From NCBI GenBank assembly GCA_963808235.1, contig CAWEEQ010000004.1:1216001-1280000 (forward strand): a DNA stretch of 64,000 bases, in the 5' to 3' direction. Numbering within the stretch: position 1 is the stretch's first letter; each line of letters begins with the position of its first letter. Source of the DNA: an uncultured delta proteobacterium (GTDB taxonomy: Bacteria > Desulfobacterota > Binatia > Binatales > Binataceae). The notes beneath the pieces were generated by a model. That model made no database searches and was not told the origin of the DNA. It saw nothing but the letters and a program-made list of their open reading frames with translations. The translations under genes and the position numbers were made by a program. This document shows positions 28,540-39,817 of the stretch, piece after piece.

Positions 28540-29877
28540 TCAGAAATAAATCGGATCGACGTACAGACCGTGCTCGCGCACGTCGGGGCCCTCCGCGATT
28601 CCCGGGGTCCACATGTTGTACGGCTCGACCTCGCGCGCGAGTGAGCGAAGCGTCTCGATGCCTGGCGATGAAGGCGACGTGAAGATCGAGAGCGTGTCCA
28701 TGCCGCGCTGCTGAATCGATCCGCACCAGGCGCGCAGCAGAGCTTCGAACTCGCGTTCCGCGCCCGGTATGAACGCGTAATCGAGCACCAGGCCGCGAAT
28801 CGACTCGCTGCGTTTGCCGTTGGTCACTGACACCACGCGGATCGACTCGCCCGCGGGCCACACGCCGACCATCGCGCGCTCGGTCATCCAGACTTTGTCC
28901 CATGAATATAGTTCGGGCGCGCGTTCCATCCGTGCACGGAACGAATCGAGTGTATGCGGCACGTACATTTCCTCGCGGCCGTGAAAGGAGTTCAGCATCG
29001 CGACGATCGCGGGCGCATCGGCGGGCGTCGCTGGCCGGCCTGCCGCGGGACCCGCGAGCGTGGCGGATGCCAACTGAATCCGAAGCGCCGTGATGCTCCA
29101 TTTGTTCGGGGTGTTGATAAAGCCGTGCTGCATGCCGGCGTTGTCGACCGAGATGTACGCGTTGGAGCCGTCGACGTTGCTCCAATACTTGTCGAGTATG
29201 CGATTGGCCGCGCCCCATAGGCCCTTGCGCTGATGCTCGGGCAGGACGCGCAGATGCAGAACCGTCACGATGGGGCGCAGGACACCGCCGATTCGCACCA
29301 CGTGCTTAACGCCGCAACTGACCGCGGCAGGAACTCCGTCGACGGAGGCGATTCCGATCGTGCAGTCCTCCATCAGACGCTTAAACGCAAAGTAGTCGCG
29401 GCCGCGTTCGAAGTGGACGTGCGTATCGCCGAGCACGATCGGGACGCGGCGCTCGATGTCGGCGAGGATCGGTGCGTCGGCCTCAGTCGCTTCGCGAACC
29501 TCGAGCTTGAACTCGTACTGCCGCTCCCACGCGATCCGCGACATTCGATATGGCACAGTGTCTTCGACTTCGATCGACAGCAGCCATTTGCGGTTCTTGG
29601 CAGCGGTGACTAGCGCGTCGATCTTGAAATCGGATCGCGCCTCGACCGACAACTCCAATATCTCGCCCATGCGCTGCGCGAAGCCGCGCCAATTCTCGCG
29701 TTCCTGGTAGTCGGCCTCGACGACTCCCATCCGATTCGCGATCCCGGGCATATAACGATCGCGATCGGCGACCGAGGCTCCTTCGCCAGCCGACAGAAGC
29801 ATCCCGAGATACCACTTCATCTGGCGCCCGACGGGAGACTCCGGAATTTCGCTCAGCAGTGTAGAAGCCTTGTCCAT
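28540..29877 (-). CDS. GNAT family N-acetyltransferase (tandem GNAT) with extra N-terminal domain
   Basis: VREATEADA, HLRVLPEHQRKGL acetyl-CoA motif A, second RPATPADA GNAT start; extra N-terminal segment of about 120 aa. Confidence 0.75.
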   Translation of the reverse strand: MDKASTLLSEIPESPVGRQMKWYLGMLLSAGEGASVADRDRYMPGIANRMGVVEADYQERENWRGFAQRMGEILELSVEARSDFKIDALVTAAKNRKWLLSIEVEDTVPYRMSRIAWERQYEFKLEVREATEADAPILADIERRVPIVLGDTHVHFERGRDYFAFKRLMEDCTIGIASVDGVPAAVSCGVKHVVRIGGVLRPIVTVLHLRVLPEHQRKGLWGAANRILDKYWSNVDGSNAYISVDNAGMQHGFINTPNKWSITALRIQLASATLAGPAAGRPATPADAPAIVAMLNSFHGREEMYVPHTLDSFRARMERAPELYSWDKVWMTERAMVGVWPAGESIRVVSVTNGKRSESIRGLVLDYAFIPGAEREFEALLRAWCGSIQQRGMDTLSIFTSPSSPGIETLRSLAREVEPYNMWTPGIAEGPDVREHGLYVDPIYF

Positions 29878-29892
29878 TGAACTACCGCGCCT

Positions 29893-31929
29893 TCACCCGA
29901 TCCCCAACTGCCACGCGAGAAACGACCACTCGATGGAAAGGTCTTCTATTACCTTGGAGGTCGGCTTGATTCCAGCGTGTCCCGCCTGCGTATCGTGGTG
30001 GAGCAGAATCGGAAGATCCGAGGTCGTCGCGTGCTGCATCCGCGCGATCATCTTACGCGCCTGCGCTGGCGGGACGCGTGTGTCCGCGTCGCCGCTGGTC
30101 AGAAGCATCGCCGGATACTTCGTTCCCGCCGTCACATGCTCGTAGGGCGAGTAGGCGTGGATGAACCTGAACTGCGTAGCGTCGGCGGGGTCTCCATACT
30201 CGAGAAGGGCAGGTGGATTGTTATTCTTCGTGTAGTGATGGAAGCGCAGCAGGTCGAGATCCGGAAGCGCACAGTACACCGCGCGCATCAGGTCGGGCCG
30301 CTGAGTCATCACGGCGCCGACCAGCAATCCGCCGTTGCTTACTCCCGAGATCGCGAGCTTGTCCGGATTGGTGTACTTGTTCGCGATGAGCCACTCGGCC
30401 GCCGCGATAAAATCATCGAAAACGTTTTGCTTCTTTTCGAGCATCCCGGCGCGATGCCACTCTTCGCCGAATTCGCCGCCGCCGCGCAGATTCGGCACCG
30501 CGTAAACGCCGCCTTGCTCGATCCACCATGCGGCGCCGTGCTTGAACTCCGGCGTCATGCTCGCGCCGAAGCCGCCGTAGCCATACATGACGGTCGGCCG
30601 ATTGCCGTCGAGCACAAGACTCTTGCGATGCACGACGAACATCGGCACTCGCGTGCCATCCTTCGACGAATACCAGACCTGGCGCATCTCGAAGTCATCG
30701 GAGTTGAACGGGACGGCGTCGCGATACCAGAGGTCTGATTTTCCTGTCGAACAGTTGTATCGGTAAATCGAGTACGGGGTCGTGTACGATCCGAAGTAGA
30801 CGATGCCCTGGTCGCGGCCGTAGCGTCCGTAGATTCCCGCGGTAACATCGGCGGGCAGGGGCAGCTCGCCGTGCGGCTCGCCGTCGAGCGAGAAGATCGC
30901 GACTCGCGCCGCCACGTTGTGCAGGTAGTTGACGAAGACCTTGTCGCCGATCACCGCGAAGCCCGTATAGCTCCGAATCGAGTCCACGGCCTCGGGCACA
31001 ATCTCTTTCCACTTCTCTCGCGCCGGCTCGCGCAGATCGATTCTGAGAATTCGCCCGTTGGGAGCGTCCCAGTCAGTTTGGACGATCAGGTAGTCGCCGG
31101 CGAATTGCGGATGAAACTTCGCATCGATACCGGTGACCAGCGGCCGAAATGCCGCGTCGTGTTTTTCGCGAAGATCCCGGACGTGGAGTTCGACTTTGCG
31201 CCAGCCCCACCAAACCGCCGCAAGCAGGTAGCTTCCGTCCTCCGACGCGTGCGGAAATATCCCGTTCTCCGGTTGATAGCCGGCGCCGAAAATCTCGGGG
31301 TCCGACACCGCGTCCGTTCCGAGCGCGTGATAGTAGATTCGCCGGCCGACTCCACGACGGGCGCGCGAGTAGTAGAAACCGCTGCCGTCCGCTTTCCACG
31401 AGATTGACTGGTACAGCCCGCGCGGCAGCCGATCGGGCAAGTCGCGCCGCTCGTTCACCTCGAGCACGCGGATTTCGGTCTCGTCCTCGCCGCCATAGCG
31501 GACTTCGTACGCGAGCAGATTCGCATCCTCCGACGGCGCAATCGGCCCGACGCTGATGCTGCGATCGCGGCTCATCGGATGCGGATCGATCAACAATTCG
31601 TCCTGCCCGTCGATTCCCTTGCGCCGATAGACACTCCACAAATCCTGCTCCGAGCCCTTCTTCAGGAAAAAGTAGACGTTCCTCCTTTGGGCAGGCGCGC
31701 CGATCGAGTCATGAGCGAGCATCTCGCGGAGACGGCTTCGGATGCGCTCGCGAATCGGCATCGCACCAAGCACGGAGCGGGTGTAATCGTTCTGCACGTC
31801 GATCCATGCGCGCGTTTCGGGACTGTCCGCATCTTCGAGCCAATGGTACGGGTCGACCAGTTCGACCCCGTGCATGACTTCGCGCAAGTCGTCGCGCCGG
31901 GTCTCGGGCGGTTTGCGATTGTCACTCAT
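29893..31929 (-). CDS. prolyl oligopeptidase (S9A)
   Basis: DPYHWLED, YSSKDGTRVPM, YGYGGF, NLRGGGEFGEEWH, catalytic GVSNGG, DTRV and GH. Confidence 0.93.
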   Translation of the reverse strand: MSDNRKPPETRRDDLREVMHGVELVDPYHWLEDADSPETRAWIDVQNDYTRSVLGAMPIRERIRSRLREMLAHDSIGAPAQRRNVYFFLKKGSEQDLWSVYRRKGIDGQDELLIDPHPMSRDRSISVGPIAPSEDANLLAYEVRYGGEDETEIRVLEVNERRDLPDRLPRGLYQSISWKADGSGFYYSRARRGVGRRIYYHALGTDAVSDPEIFGAGYQPENGIFPHASEDGSYLLAAVWWGWRKVELHVRDLREKHDAAFRPLVTGIDAKFHPQFAGDYLIVQTDWDAPNGRILRIDLREPAREKWKEIVPEAVDSIRSYTGFAVIGDKVFVNYLHNVAARVAIFSLDGEPHGELPLPADVTAGIYGRYGRDQGIVYFGSYTTPYSIYRYNCSTGKSDLWYRDAVPFNSDDFEMRQVWYSSKDGTRVPMFVVHRKSLVLDGNRPTVMYGYGGFGASMTPEFKHGAAWWIEQGGVYAVPNLRGGGEFGEEWHRAGMLEKKQNVFDDFIAAAEWLIANKYTNPDKLAISGVSNGGLLVGAVMTQRPDLMRAVYCALPDLDLLRFHHYTKNNNPPALLEYGDPADATQFRFIHAYSPYEHVTAGTKYPAMLLTSGDADTRVPPAQARKMIARMQHATTSDLPILLHHDTQAGHAGIKPTSKVIEDLSIEWSFLAWQLGIG

Positions 31930-32378
31930 GGCGCAATCCTTTTCTTCGGGATTCGCGACCGTAGTTCAAGTAATGCTTGAAGATCGTATTGCGGTAGCTT
32001 ATCGGCAATCTCGAACCACGGCGCCTTATGCTCGACGAAAATATGCTTGTCGGGTTTCATCTCCGGATCACCATCGAGAAGACCGGCAGGAATCTCGCAC
32101 CACTCGGAATTCGGATCGGGATTCGGCACCGGCGAGCTGCATCGACTGCAAAATGAAACCCGATAGGGCGGTGGTGTGCGCAATATCGGCGCGTCGTAGG
32201 TCGAGATCAAATCGCGCCCGCTGAGCAGACGAAAATCTTGCGTCCGGACGCCGACTCCGGGAAGAAACGCGGAGCCGGAAACTTTTCTGCAGCGCCGACA
32301 ATGGCACAACTCGAACGGGCCGATTGCTTTCTCGATTTCGAAGCGCACGCCACCGCATAAACAGCTTCCGGTAATCAT
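31926..32378 (-). CDS. GFA (CENP-V) family protein
   Basis: GSCLCG, CHCRRC, FCSRCSSP zinc ligands; ATGA overlap with the peptidase gene. Confidence 0.9.
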   Translation of the reverse strand: MITGSCLCGGVRFEIEKAIGPFELCHCRRCRKVSGSAFLPGVGVRTQDFRLLSGRDLISTYDAPILRTPPPYRVSFCSRCSSPVPNPDPNSEWCEIPAGLLDGDPEMKPDKHIFVEHKAPWFEIADKLPQYDLQALLELRSRIPKKRIAP

Positions 32379-32421
32379 CTGGAATCTCCCTAGTGACCAG
32401 TTTCAGTGATATATCCTCTAT

Positions 32422-35400
32422 ATGCCGATCGCGCTGGCCGAATTCCATCCCGCAGTTCGCAGTTGGTTCGAGCGGCGCTTCGATGCGCCTTCGCGCGCGC
32501 AGGAACTCGGATGGCCCGTGATTGGCGCGGCCAACACTCCGCCGGGCTTCGACGTTTTACTCTGCGCGCCGACCGGTAGCGGCAAGACTCTCGCGGCGTT
32601 CATGTGGGCGATCAACGGACTGGTCCTCGAAGCTGAGCGCGGCGCGCTGCGCGACGAAGTCTCGGTCCTTTATGTATCTCCGTTGAAGGCGCTCGCCAAC
32701 GACATCCGCCTCAACCTCGAAGAGCCGCTGAACGGCGTGCGCGAAACGGGCGCCGAATCGGGACTCGATCTTTCGCGAATCCGTGCCGGCCTCCGCACCG
32801 GCGACACGTCTGCGAGCGAGCGTGCTGCGATGCTCCGTCGCCCGCCGCACATTCTCGTCACCACGCCGGAGTCGTTGTTCATCCTGCTCACTTCGCCGAA
32901 GTTCCGCGAGAAGCTCGCGTCGGTCCGCCACGTTATCGTCGACGAGCTTCACGCGCTCGCAGGCAACAAGCGCGGCGCGCATCTGGCGCTGACGCTGGAG
33001 CGCCTCGAACGCTTCGTTATGAGTCGCGCGCAGCGCCGGCCGAATCGAATCGGCCTCTCCGCGACGCTGAATCCAATCGAGAAGCTCGCCGAGTTCCTGG
33101 CCGGCTACGACGTCGATCACGGACCACGCCCGCGTCCGGTGGAAATTGTTCGCGCCGACGATCGCATTCGAACGATGGACCTCGAAGTCATCGCACCCGG
33201 CCCGGACCTGGGCCCGCTCGCGACGCATCAGCATTGGGATGCGATGTACGACGCGGTCGCGCGCCTCATCGGGGAGCATCGCACGACCCTGGTCTTCGCG
33301 CTGAGCCGCCGCACCGCCGAGCGAGTTGCGCTGAATCTGCAAAAGCGTCTCGGCACCGACGCCGTGATGGCGCATCATGGCAGCCTCGCGCGCGCCGAGC
33401 GCCTGCTCGCCGAGCAGCGACTCAAGCGCGGCGAGCTCAAGGCGATCGTCGCTACCGCGTCGCTGGAACTCGGTATCGACGTCGGCGCGGTCGATCTCGT
33501 TTGCCAGCTCGACTCGCCGAGATCCATCTCAGCCGCAATCCAGCGCGTCGGCCGCTCCGGGCACAGTCTCGGCGCGACGCCCAAGGGCCGCTTCTTCGCG
33601 ATGACGATCGACGACCTGCTCGAATGCGCCGCCGCGGTCCGCGCAATCCGCGCTGGCAATCTGGATGAAGTCGAGATTCCGATGGGATGCCTCGATATCG
33701 TCGCGCAGCAGATAGTCGCAATCGCGGCCGAGGAGGACGAAATCTCCGAAGCCGAGCTGCTGCGCGTGCTACGGGGAGCGTACAACTTCGCAGATCTCGA
33801 CGCCGCCAAGCTGCGTCGCTTGCTGGAGCAACTCGCAGCCGAATTGCCCGAGCGAATCATGGGGGCGGCTCCGAAGATTTTTTTCGATCGAATCAACGCG
33901 CGCATTCGCCCGCGCCGCTCGGCACGCCTGTCGGTGATAACTTCGGGCGGGACGATTCCCGAGGCCGGCAACTACGACGTTGTGATCGAATCGGAAGGGC
34001 GCAAAGTCGGCGACGTCGAAGAGGATTTCGCGCAGGAGTCGTCGCGTGGCGACGTGTTTTCGCTCGGCTCGATGCCGTGGCAGATCCAGCGCATCTCGCG
34101 CGGGCGTCTGATGGTCGAGGCGGCGCCCGGGATGGCGCCGACGTTGCCATTCTGGCTGACCGAAGCCGGCGGCCGCTCGCAGGCGCTCTCAATCGGAATC
34201 AGCGAGCTTCGCCATGAAATCTGGAAGCGCATCGAAGCGAACGGCACCGAATCGGCGGTCGGATGGCTGATCAAGGAATGCGCGATGTCGGAGCGCGCGG
34301 CGACGCAGGCGGTCGACTACGTGCGCCGCGGGGTCGAGGCGCTGGGCGCGATTCCCGACGCGAAGACGATCGTGGTCGAGCGATTTTTCGACGGCCTCGG
34401 CGGCACTCAAATCGTCATCCACACACCGTTCGGAATTCGCCTGAATCGCGGACTCGGCCTCGCGATTCGAAAACGGCTGTGCCAGAGCTTCGATTTCGAA
34501 ATCCAGGCGTCGGCGATCGACGACGGAGTTCTGCTGGCGCTGAATTCGCGCCACAGTTTCCCGCTCGACACTTTGTTCGGGATGCTGAAAGCGCGTAATG
34601 CGCGCGATGTGCTGGTCCAGGCGCTGCTCGCTGCGCCGATGTTCGAGGTTCGCTTTCGGCACGTCGCGACGCGAGCGCTCGCAATCATGCGATCCTCGCG
34701 CGGGCGCAAAGTTCCCGCCTGGATTCAGCGGATGCGTTCGCAGGATCTTCTGTCCGCGATTTTTCCGGGCCAGCAGGCATGCTTCGAAAACCGTCCGGCT
34801 ACGATCGAACTCCCCGAACACTTCATAGTGGTGGAGACGATTCGCGAATGTCTCGAGGAATCCACCGACCTGCCGCGCACGGTGAGGATGCTCGAAGGAA
34901 TCGAAAGCGGCGCGATTCGCACCGTCTGCGTTGACAATATCGCGCCGTCGGTGTTCGCGCATCGGCTGTTGCTCGCGTGGGACTACTCGTTTCTCGACGA
35001 CGGCGAGCGCGGTAACCGTCGCTCACGTACAGTGAGCATGAATCGCGGAATGGCCGAAGATGTTTTCCGCAGCGAAGACCTCTCGGAGCTGTTGGCGAGC
35101 GAGGCGGTCGACACGGTCGTCGCCGAGGTTACCGGACGAGCGCCCGGACGCCGACCGCGCTCGCGCGACGAGCTGATCGAACTGATTCGTGCGCACGGCG
35201 CGATGACGCATGCCGAGCTCGAGGAACGCGGCGGCGAGACCTGGCGCGCGATGCTGGCGGAGTTGGAAGCCGAGCGGCGAATCTCCACCATCAGTTTGAG
35301 CAGCGAAGGATCGGCGCGGATCATCGCGAGCGAAGATGGGGCGATCTTTGCGGCCGCGTATCCCGAAGCGCAGATCGATGGCGGCTCGACCGCGACCGAT

Positions 35401-36930
35401 CTCGATCGCGACAGTGCGCGCGAGGAAATCGTGCGGCGGGCCATGAAAACGTCGGGGCCGACGACTGCGAGCGATCTCGCGGCGCGGCTGCTGCTCGAGC
35501 GAATCGAAAATCGAGCAAACTCTTCTGGCGCTCGAAGCGAGTGGTGCGTGTCTTTCGCGGTCACTTCACGCGCTCGGACACGAATCAGTGGTGCGACCGC
35601 TACAACCTCGAACGAATTCATCGCATGACGCTGGCGCGGGTGCGCGCTGAAATCGAGCCGTGTGCGGATCACGAGTACGCCGCGTTTCGATTGCGCTGGA
35701 TGCACGTTGGCGGAGAGGAGCTTCCCAGTGATCAGACCGGCGTCGCCGCGGTGCTCGAACAGTTATCGGGCGTCGCGCTTGCGCCGGAGCTTTGGGAGCG
35801 CGCGATTCTGCCCGCGCGAATCGCAGGGTATCGCCCCGAGATGCTCGATCTCGTCTGCATGAGCGGTCAGCTCAAGTGGGTGGCCGTGCCGGAGGAAGGC
35901 GTCGCTGCCGCGAGCACGCCCGCGCGCATCACCTTCGTTCCGCGTAAGATGAATCTTTATGCCGAGCACTCCGACGACGTTGAGTCGGATCCAAAAGAAC
36001 GCGCGGTACTTGATGCGCTGGGCGCGGCGGGTGCGCAATATCTCGACGAAGTTGCGGACCGCGCAAATCTTTCGGAACGCGACGCGCTCTCAGTGTTGTG
36101 GCATCTGGCGGCGGCGGGACGGGTCAGCAATGACAGCTTTGCGCCACTTCGAATGTTCGCCGACGATCGCGGCGCCGAACGAGCACTCGAAGCGGTCGCG
36201 CGTCGTCAGCCGACTCGTCGCGACGCGGCGGTTCGCGCACGCCTGAAATCCCATCTCGCGGGGCGATGGTCTCTGATTCGCGCCGCGGCCGATTCGCCCG
36301 TCACCGGCTCGGATCGCACCCGCGATCTTGCGCTCGCGTTGCTTGAACGTCACGGAATACTCGCCCGCGAAATGCTCGGCATCGAATCGGTCTCGCTGCG
36401 CGTGGAGCGAAATCTCCTTCGCACTTCGCCGTCTCGAATATGGCGGCACGATTCGCCGCGGATGGTTCGTGAGATCGCTCTCGGGCGAGCAATACGCGCT
36501 GCCGGAAGCGGTCGAGATGCTGCACGCGGCGCGCAATATCGTCCCAGCGCGCGAGAAGCCATACGCGCTCAGCGCAATCGATCCCGCAAATCCGTATGGC
36601 TCGGTGCTTCCCGGATGCGGCATCGCGCGCGAGGCCGCGAACATCGTAGTGATTCGCGCCGGCCGCGTAGTCACGGGCTTGCAGGGACGCGCGATGGTCT
36701 CCGGCGGCTGGGAAAGCGACGTCGATGACGACAGCTTCAGCGCCGCTGTCGCCGCGATTCTGTCGATGCGGCCCCGGGTCACGATCGACACGATCGACGG
36801 CCACCCGGCACTCCAGTCATCGCGAGTCGGAGTGCTCGCCGCGATGCGCTTCCATTCCGATGGACGCGCGCTGGTTTTCGACGGATTGCACGGCCCCACA
36901 CCCGCGCGTGCGTCGCGCCGATCAACATAA
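32422..36930 (+). pseudogene. lhr: Lhr family ATP-dependent DNA helicase, three +1 frameshifts in the C-terminal part
   Basis: APTGSGKT, YVSPLKAL, VDELH, GLSAT, HHGSL, SLELGIDVG, QRVGRSGH. Continues through ORFs 35541-36728 (WCDR..LERIHR) and 36328-36930 (LRRLEYGGTIRRGWFV, GEQYALPEA, LSAIDPANPYG). Shifts near 35498, 35549 and 36400. Confidence 0.85.
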
Positions 36931-37047
36931 AGACGGTTGATTGGGCGGGGTCGCGCGGTATTCTGAAACATCGGAAGCACCACGAATTAATTTCTCGACA
37001 CGCCGGATTTTACCGGCGTCTGGTTTTCCCAGGAGAGGCTCCACAAA

Positions 37048-39810
37048 ATGGCGACTAATAGTTTCGGCGCTCGCTCGACACTCGCGGTCGACGGCAAGGA
37101 CTACACCTTCTTCAAACTCGAAGCGCTCGAAAAACGCGGCTTCACGCTCGCCCGAATGCCGTACTCGATCAAAGTGATGATCGAAAATCTGCTCCGGCGC
37201 GAAGACGGACTGGTCGTCACGACCGGACAGATAGAGGCGCTGGCCAAGTGGAACGGCAAGGGTGGAGAACGCGAAGTCTCTTTCATGCCGGCGCGAGTGC
37301 TGTTGCAGGATTTCACCGGAGTGCCCGTGGTCGCGGACCTTGCGGTGATGCGCGACGCGATCAAGCGGCTCGGCGGCGACCCGGCCAAGGTCAGCCCGCT
37401 GCAGCCAGTCGATCTCGTGATCGATCATTCGGTGCAGGTCGATTCGTTCGGAAGCGCCGGTGCGTTCGCGGACAACGCGCGGCTCGAATTCGAGCGCAAC
37501 CAGGAGCGCTACCTGTTCCTGCGCTGGGGTCAGGGCGCGTTCGACAATTTCCGCGTGGTGCCGCCCGACACTGGAATCGTTCATCAGGTGAACCTCGAAT
37601 ATCTCGCGCCCGTGGTCTTCGCCACCAAGCAGGGCGACGCGTATCCGGACACGGTGCTGGGCACGGATTCGCACACGACGATGATCAACGGGCTCGGCGT
37701 GCTCGGATGGGGTGTCGGCGGGATCGAGGCAGAGGCCGCGATGCTCGGCCGCTCGATGACGATGATGATTCCCGAGGTGATTGGCTTTCGCCTCGCTGGC
37801 AGCTTGCGTCCAGGTGCGACCGCGACCGACCTGGTGCTCACTGTCACGCAGATGTTGCGCAAGAAGGGAGTGGTCGGGAAGTTCGTCGAGTATTTCGGGC
37901 CGGGAGTCGCGTCGCTGCCGGTCGCGGATCGCGCAACGCTCGGCAACATGTCGCCTGAGTACGGCGCAACCGTCGGCTATTTTCCGGTGGACGATCAGAC
38001 GCTCACGTATCTTCGCCTGACCGGACGAACTCAATCGCAAGTGAAGTTGATCGAGGCGTACTGCAAGGCGCAAGGACTGTTTAACTCGGCCGACGCGCCG
38101 GAGCCGAAATTTTCGGACACCCTGGAACTCGATCTGGGCAGCGTCGTGCCGAGCCTGGCGGGACCGCGGCGCCCGCAGGATCGGGTCGCGCTGACCTCGG
38201 CAAAGACCGACTTCCGCCGCGAGCTGGGCAAGGAGTTCCATGACCATCCGAGCGTCGACCCTGCCGTGATCTCGGAATGGGTCGATGAAGGCGGCAAGGT
38301 CGTCGCGCCTGCTGAGGCCGCCGCATTCGACAAGCGCCTCGGCCATATCAAGAACAAGGTTGAAGTGGTTTCCGAGCACGGCCGCTACGCGCTGACGCAT
38401 GGATCGATTGTCATCGCCGCGATTACGAGCTGCACCAACACCTCGAACCCATCGGTGATGCTCGCGGCGGGAATTCTCGCAAAGAAGGCGGTCGCGCGCG
38501 GGCTGACAGTCAAGCCGTGGGTGAAGACGAGCCTCGCGCCAGGATCGAAGGTCGTGACGCAGTACCTGAAGCGAGCGGGGCTGACCGAGTCACTCGAGAA
38601 GTTGCACTTCAACCTGGTCGGCTACGGATGCACGACCTGTATCGGTAACAGCGGGCCGATCGCGGAGGCGATTGCCGGCGCGGTGAAGCAGGGCAACCTG
38701 GTTGCCTGCGCGATTTTGAGTGGCAATCGAAATTTCGAGGGGCGCATCAATCCCGTGGTACGATTCAACTATCTCGCGTCGCCGCCGCTGGTGGTCGCGT
38801 ACGCGATCGCGGGCACGATGGACATCGACGTCGAGCGCCAGCCACTCGGCACTGGTTCCGACGGAAATCCGGTCTTTCTGCGCGACATCTGGCCGTCGCA
38901 GGAAGAAGTTGCAGCCGCGGTCAGCAGCTCGGTTCACGCCTCGATGTTCTCGACCGAGTATGGGCATGTCTTCGACGGCGACGAGCGATGGAAGAGCCTC
39001 AAGGTTCCCGCGGGCAATCTTTTCCGCTGGGAGCGCGATTCGCTTTACGTGAAGGCGCCGCCATTTTTCGACGGCGTGACCGCCAAAGTTGGCGAGTTCT
39101 CCGACATAAGCGGAGCGCGCGTGCTCGCGATGGTCGGCGACAGTGTGACGACCGATCACATTTCTCCGGCCGGCTCGATCGGCGCCGACAGTCCGGCCGG
39201 CAAGTATCTGATCGCTCACGGTGTGCAGCCCAAGGATTTCAACTCGTACGGCGCGCGGCGTGGAAATCATGAAGTGATGATGCGCGGAACGTTCGCAAAT
39301 ATCCGGCTTAAAAATCTGATGGTTCCGGGCGTTGAGGGCGGCTTCACCGTGCATCTGCCCGACGGCGAGAAGACCACGATCTTCGAAGCGTCCGAGCGCT
39401 ATCGAAAGGACCACGTGCCGCTGGTCGTCATCGCGGGCAAGGAATATGGCACCGGCTCCTCACGCGATTGGGCGGCCAAAGGCACGATTCTGCTCGGCGT
39501 GCGCGCCGTGATCGCGGAGAACTTCGAGCGGATTCATCGCAGCAACCTGATAGGAATGGGCGTGCTCGCGCTCGAGTTCAAGCCGGGTCAGAATCGCGAG
39601 TCGTTGGGATTGACCGGGCAGGAAGTTTTTTCGATAAGCGGGATGAAAGCCGGGATCAAGCCGCATCAGACCCTGAAGGTGCGCGCAGAATCAAACGGCA
39701 AGCCGAAAGAATTCGAGGTGACGCTGCGCGTCGACACGCCCGAAGAGGTCGAATACATCCGTCACGGCGGGATTCTGCCGTTCGTGCTGCGCGACTTGCT
39801 GCGCGCCTGA
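37048..39810 (+). CDS. acnA: aconitate hydratase A
   Basis: RVLLQDFTGVP, VIDHSVQVD, GTDSHTTMING, ITSCTNTSNP, GYGCTTCIGNSG, TTDHISPAG, GSSRDWAAKG; AGGAG RBS. Confidence 0.97.
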   Translation: MATNSFGARSTLAVDGKDYTFFKLEALEKRGFTLARMPYSIKVMIENLLRREDGLVVTTGQIEALAKWNGKGGEREVSFMPARVLLQDFTGVPVVADLAVMRDAIKRLGGDPAKVSPLQPVDLVIDHSVQVDSFGSAGAFADNARLEFERNQERYLFLRWGQGAFDNFRVVPPDTGIVHQVNLEYLAPVVFATKQGDAYPDTVLGTDSHTTMINGLGVLGWGVGGIEAEAAMLGRSMTMMIPEVIGFRLAGSLRPGATATDLVLTVTQMLRKKGVVGKFVEYFGPGVASLPVADRATLGNMSPEYGATVGYFPVDDQTLTYLRLTGRTQSQVKLIEAYCKAQGLFNSADAPEPKFSDTLELDLGSVVPSLAGPRRPQDRVALTSAKTDFRRELGKEFHDHPSVDPAVISEWVDEGGKVVAPAEAAAFDKRLGHIKNKVEVVSEHGRYALTHGSIVIAAITSCTNTSNPSVMLAAGILAKKAVARGLTVKPWVKTSLAPGSKVVTQYLKRAGLTESLEKLHFNLVGYGCTTCIGNSGPIAEAIAGAVKQGNLVACAILSGNRNFEGRINPVVRFNYLASPPLVVAYAIAGTMDIDVERQPLGTGSDGNPVFLRDIWPSQEEVAAAVSSSVHASMFSTEYGHVFDGDERWKSLKVPAGNLFRWERDSLYVKAPPFFDGVTAKVGEFSDISGARVLAMVGDSVTTDHISPAGSIGADSPAGKYLIAHGVQPKDFNSYGARRGNHEVMMRGTFANIRLKNLMVPGVEGGFTVHLPDGEKTTIFEASERYRKDHVPLVVIAGKEYGTGSSRDWAAKGTILLGVRAVIAENFERIHRSNLIGMGVLALEFKPGQNRESLGLTGQEVFSISGMKAGIKPHQTLKVRAESNGKPKEFEVTLRVDTPEEVEYIRHGGILPFVLRDLLRA

Positions 39811-39817
39811 CGCGCCG

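Noticed and set aside
35490-36410. Programmed frameshifting in lhr
   Set aside because: No slippery heptamers at the shift sites; three shifts in one gene and similar ones nearby point to sequence error.
37000-37019. Hairpin ACGCCGG-ATTTTA-CCGGCGT in the acnA leader as an IRE-like element
   Set aside because: Loop does not match CAGUGN, and short GC hairpins are common.
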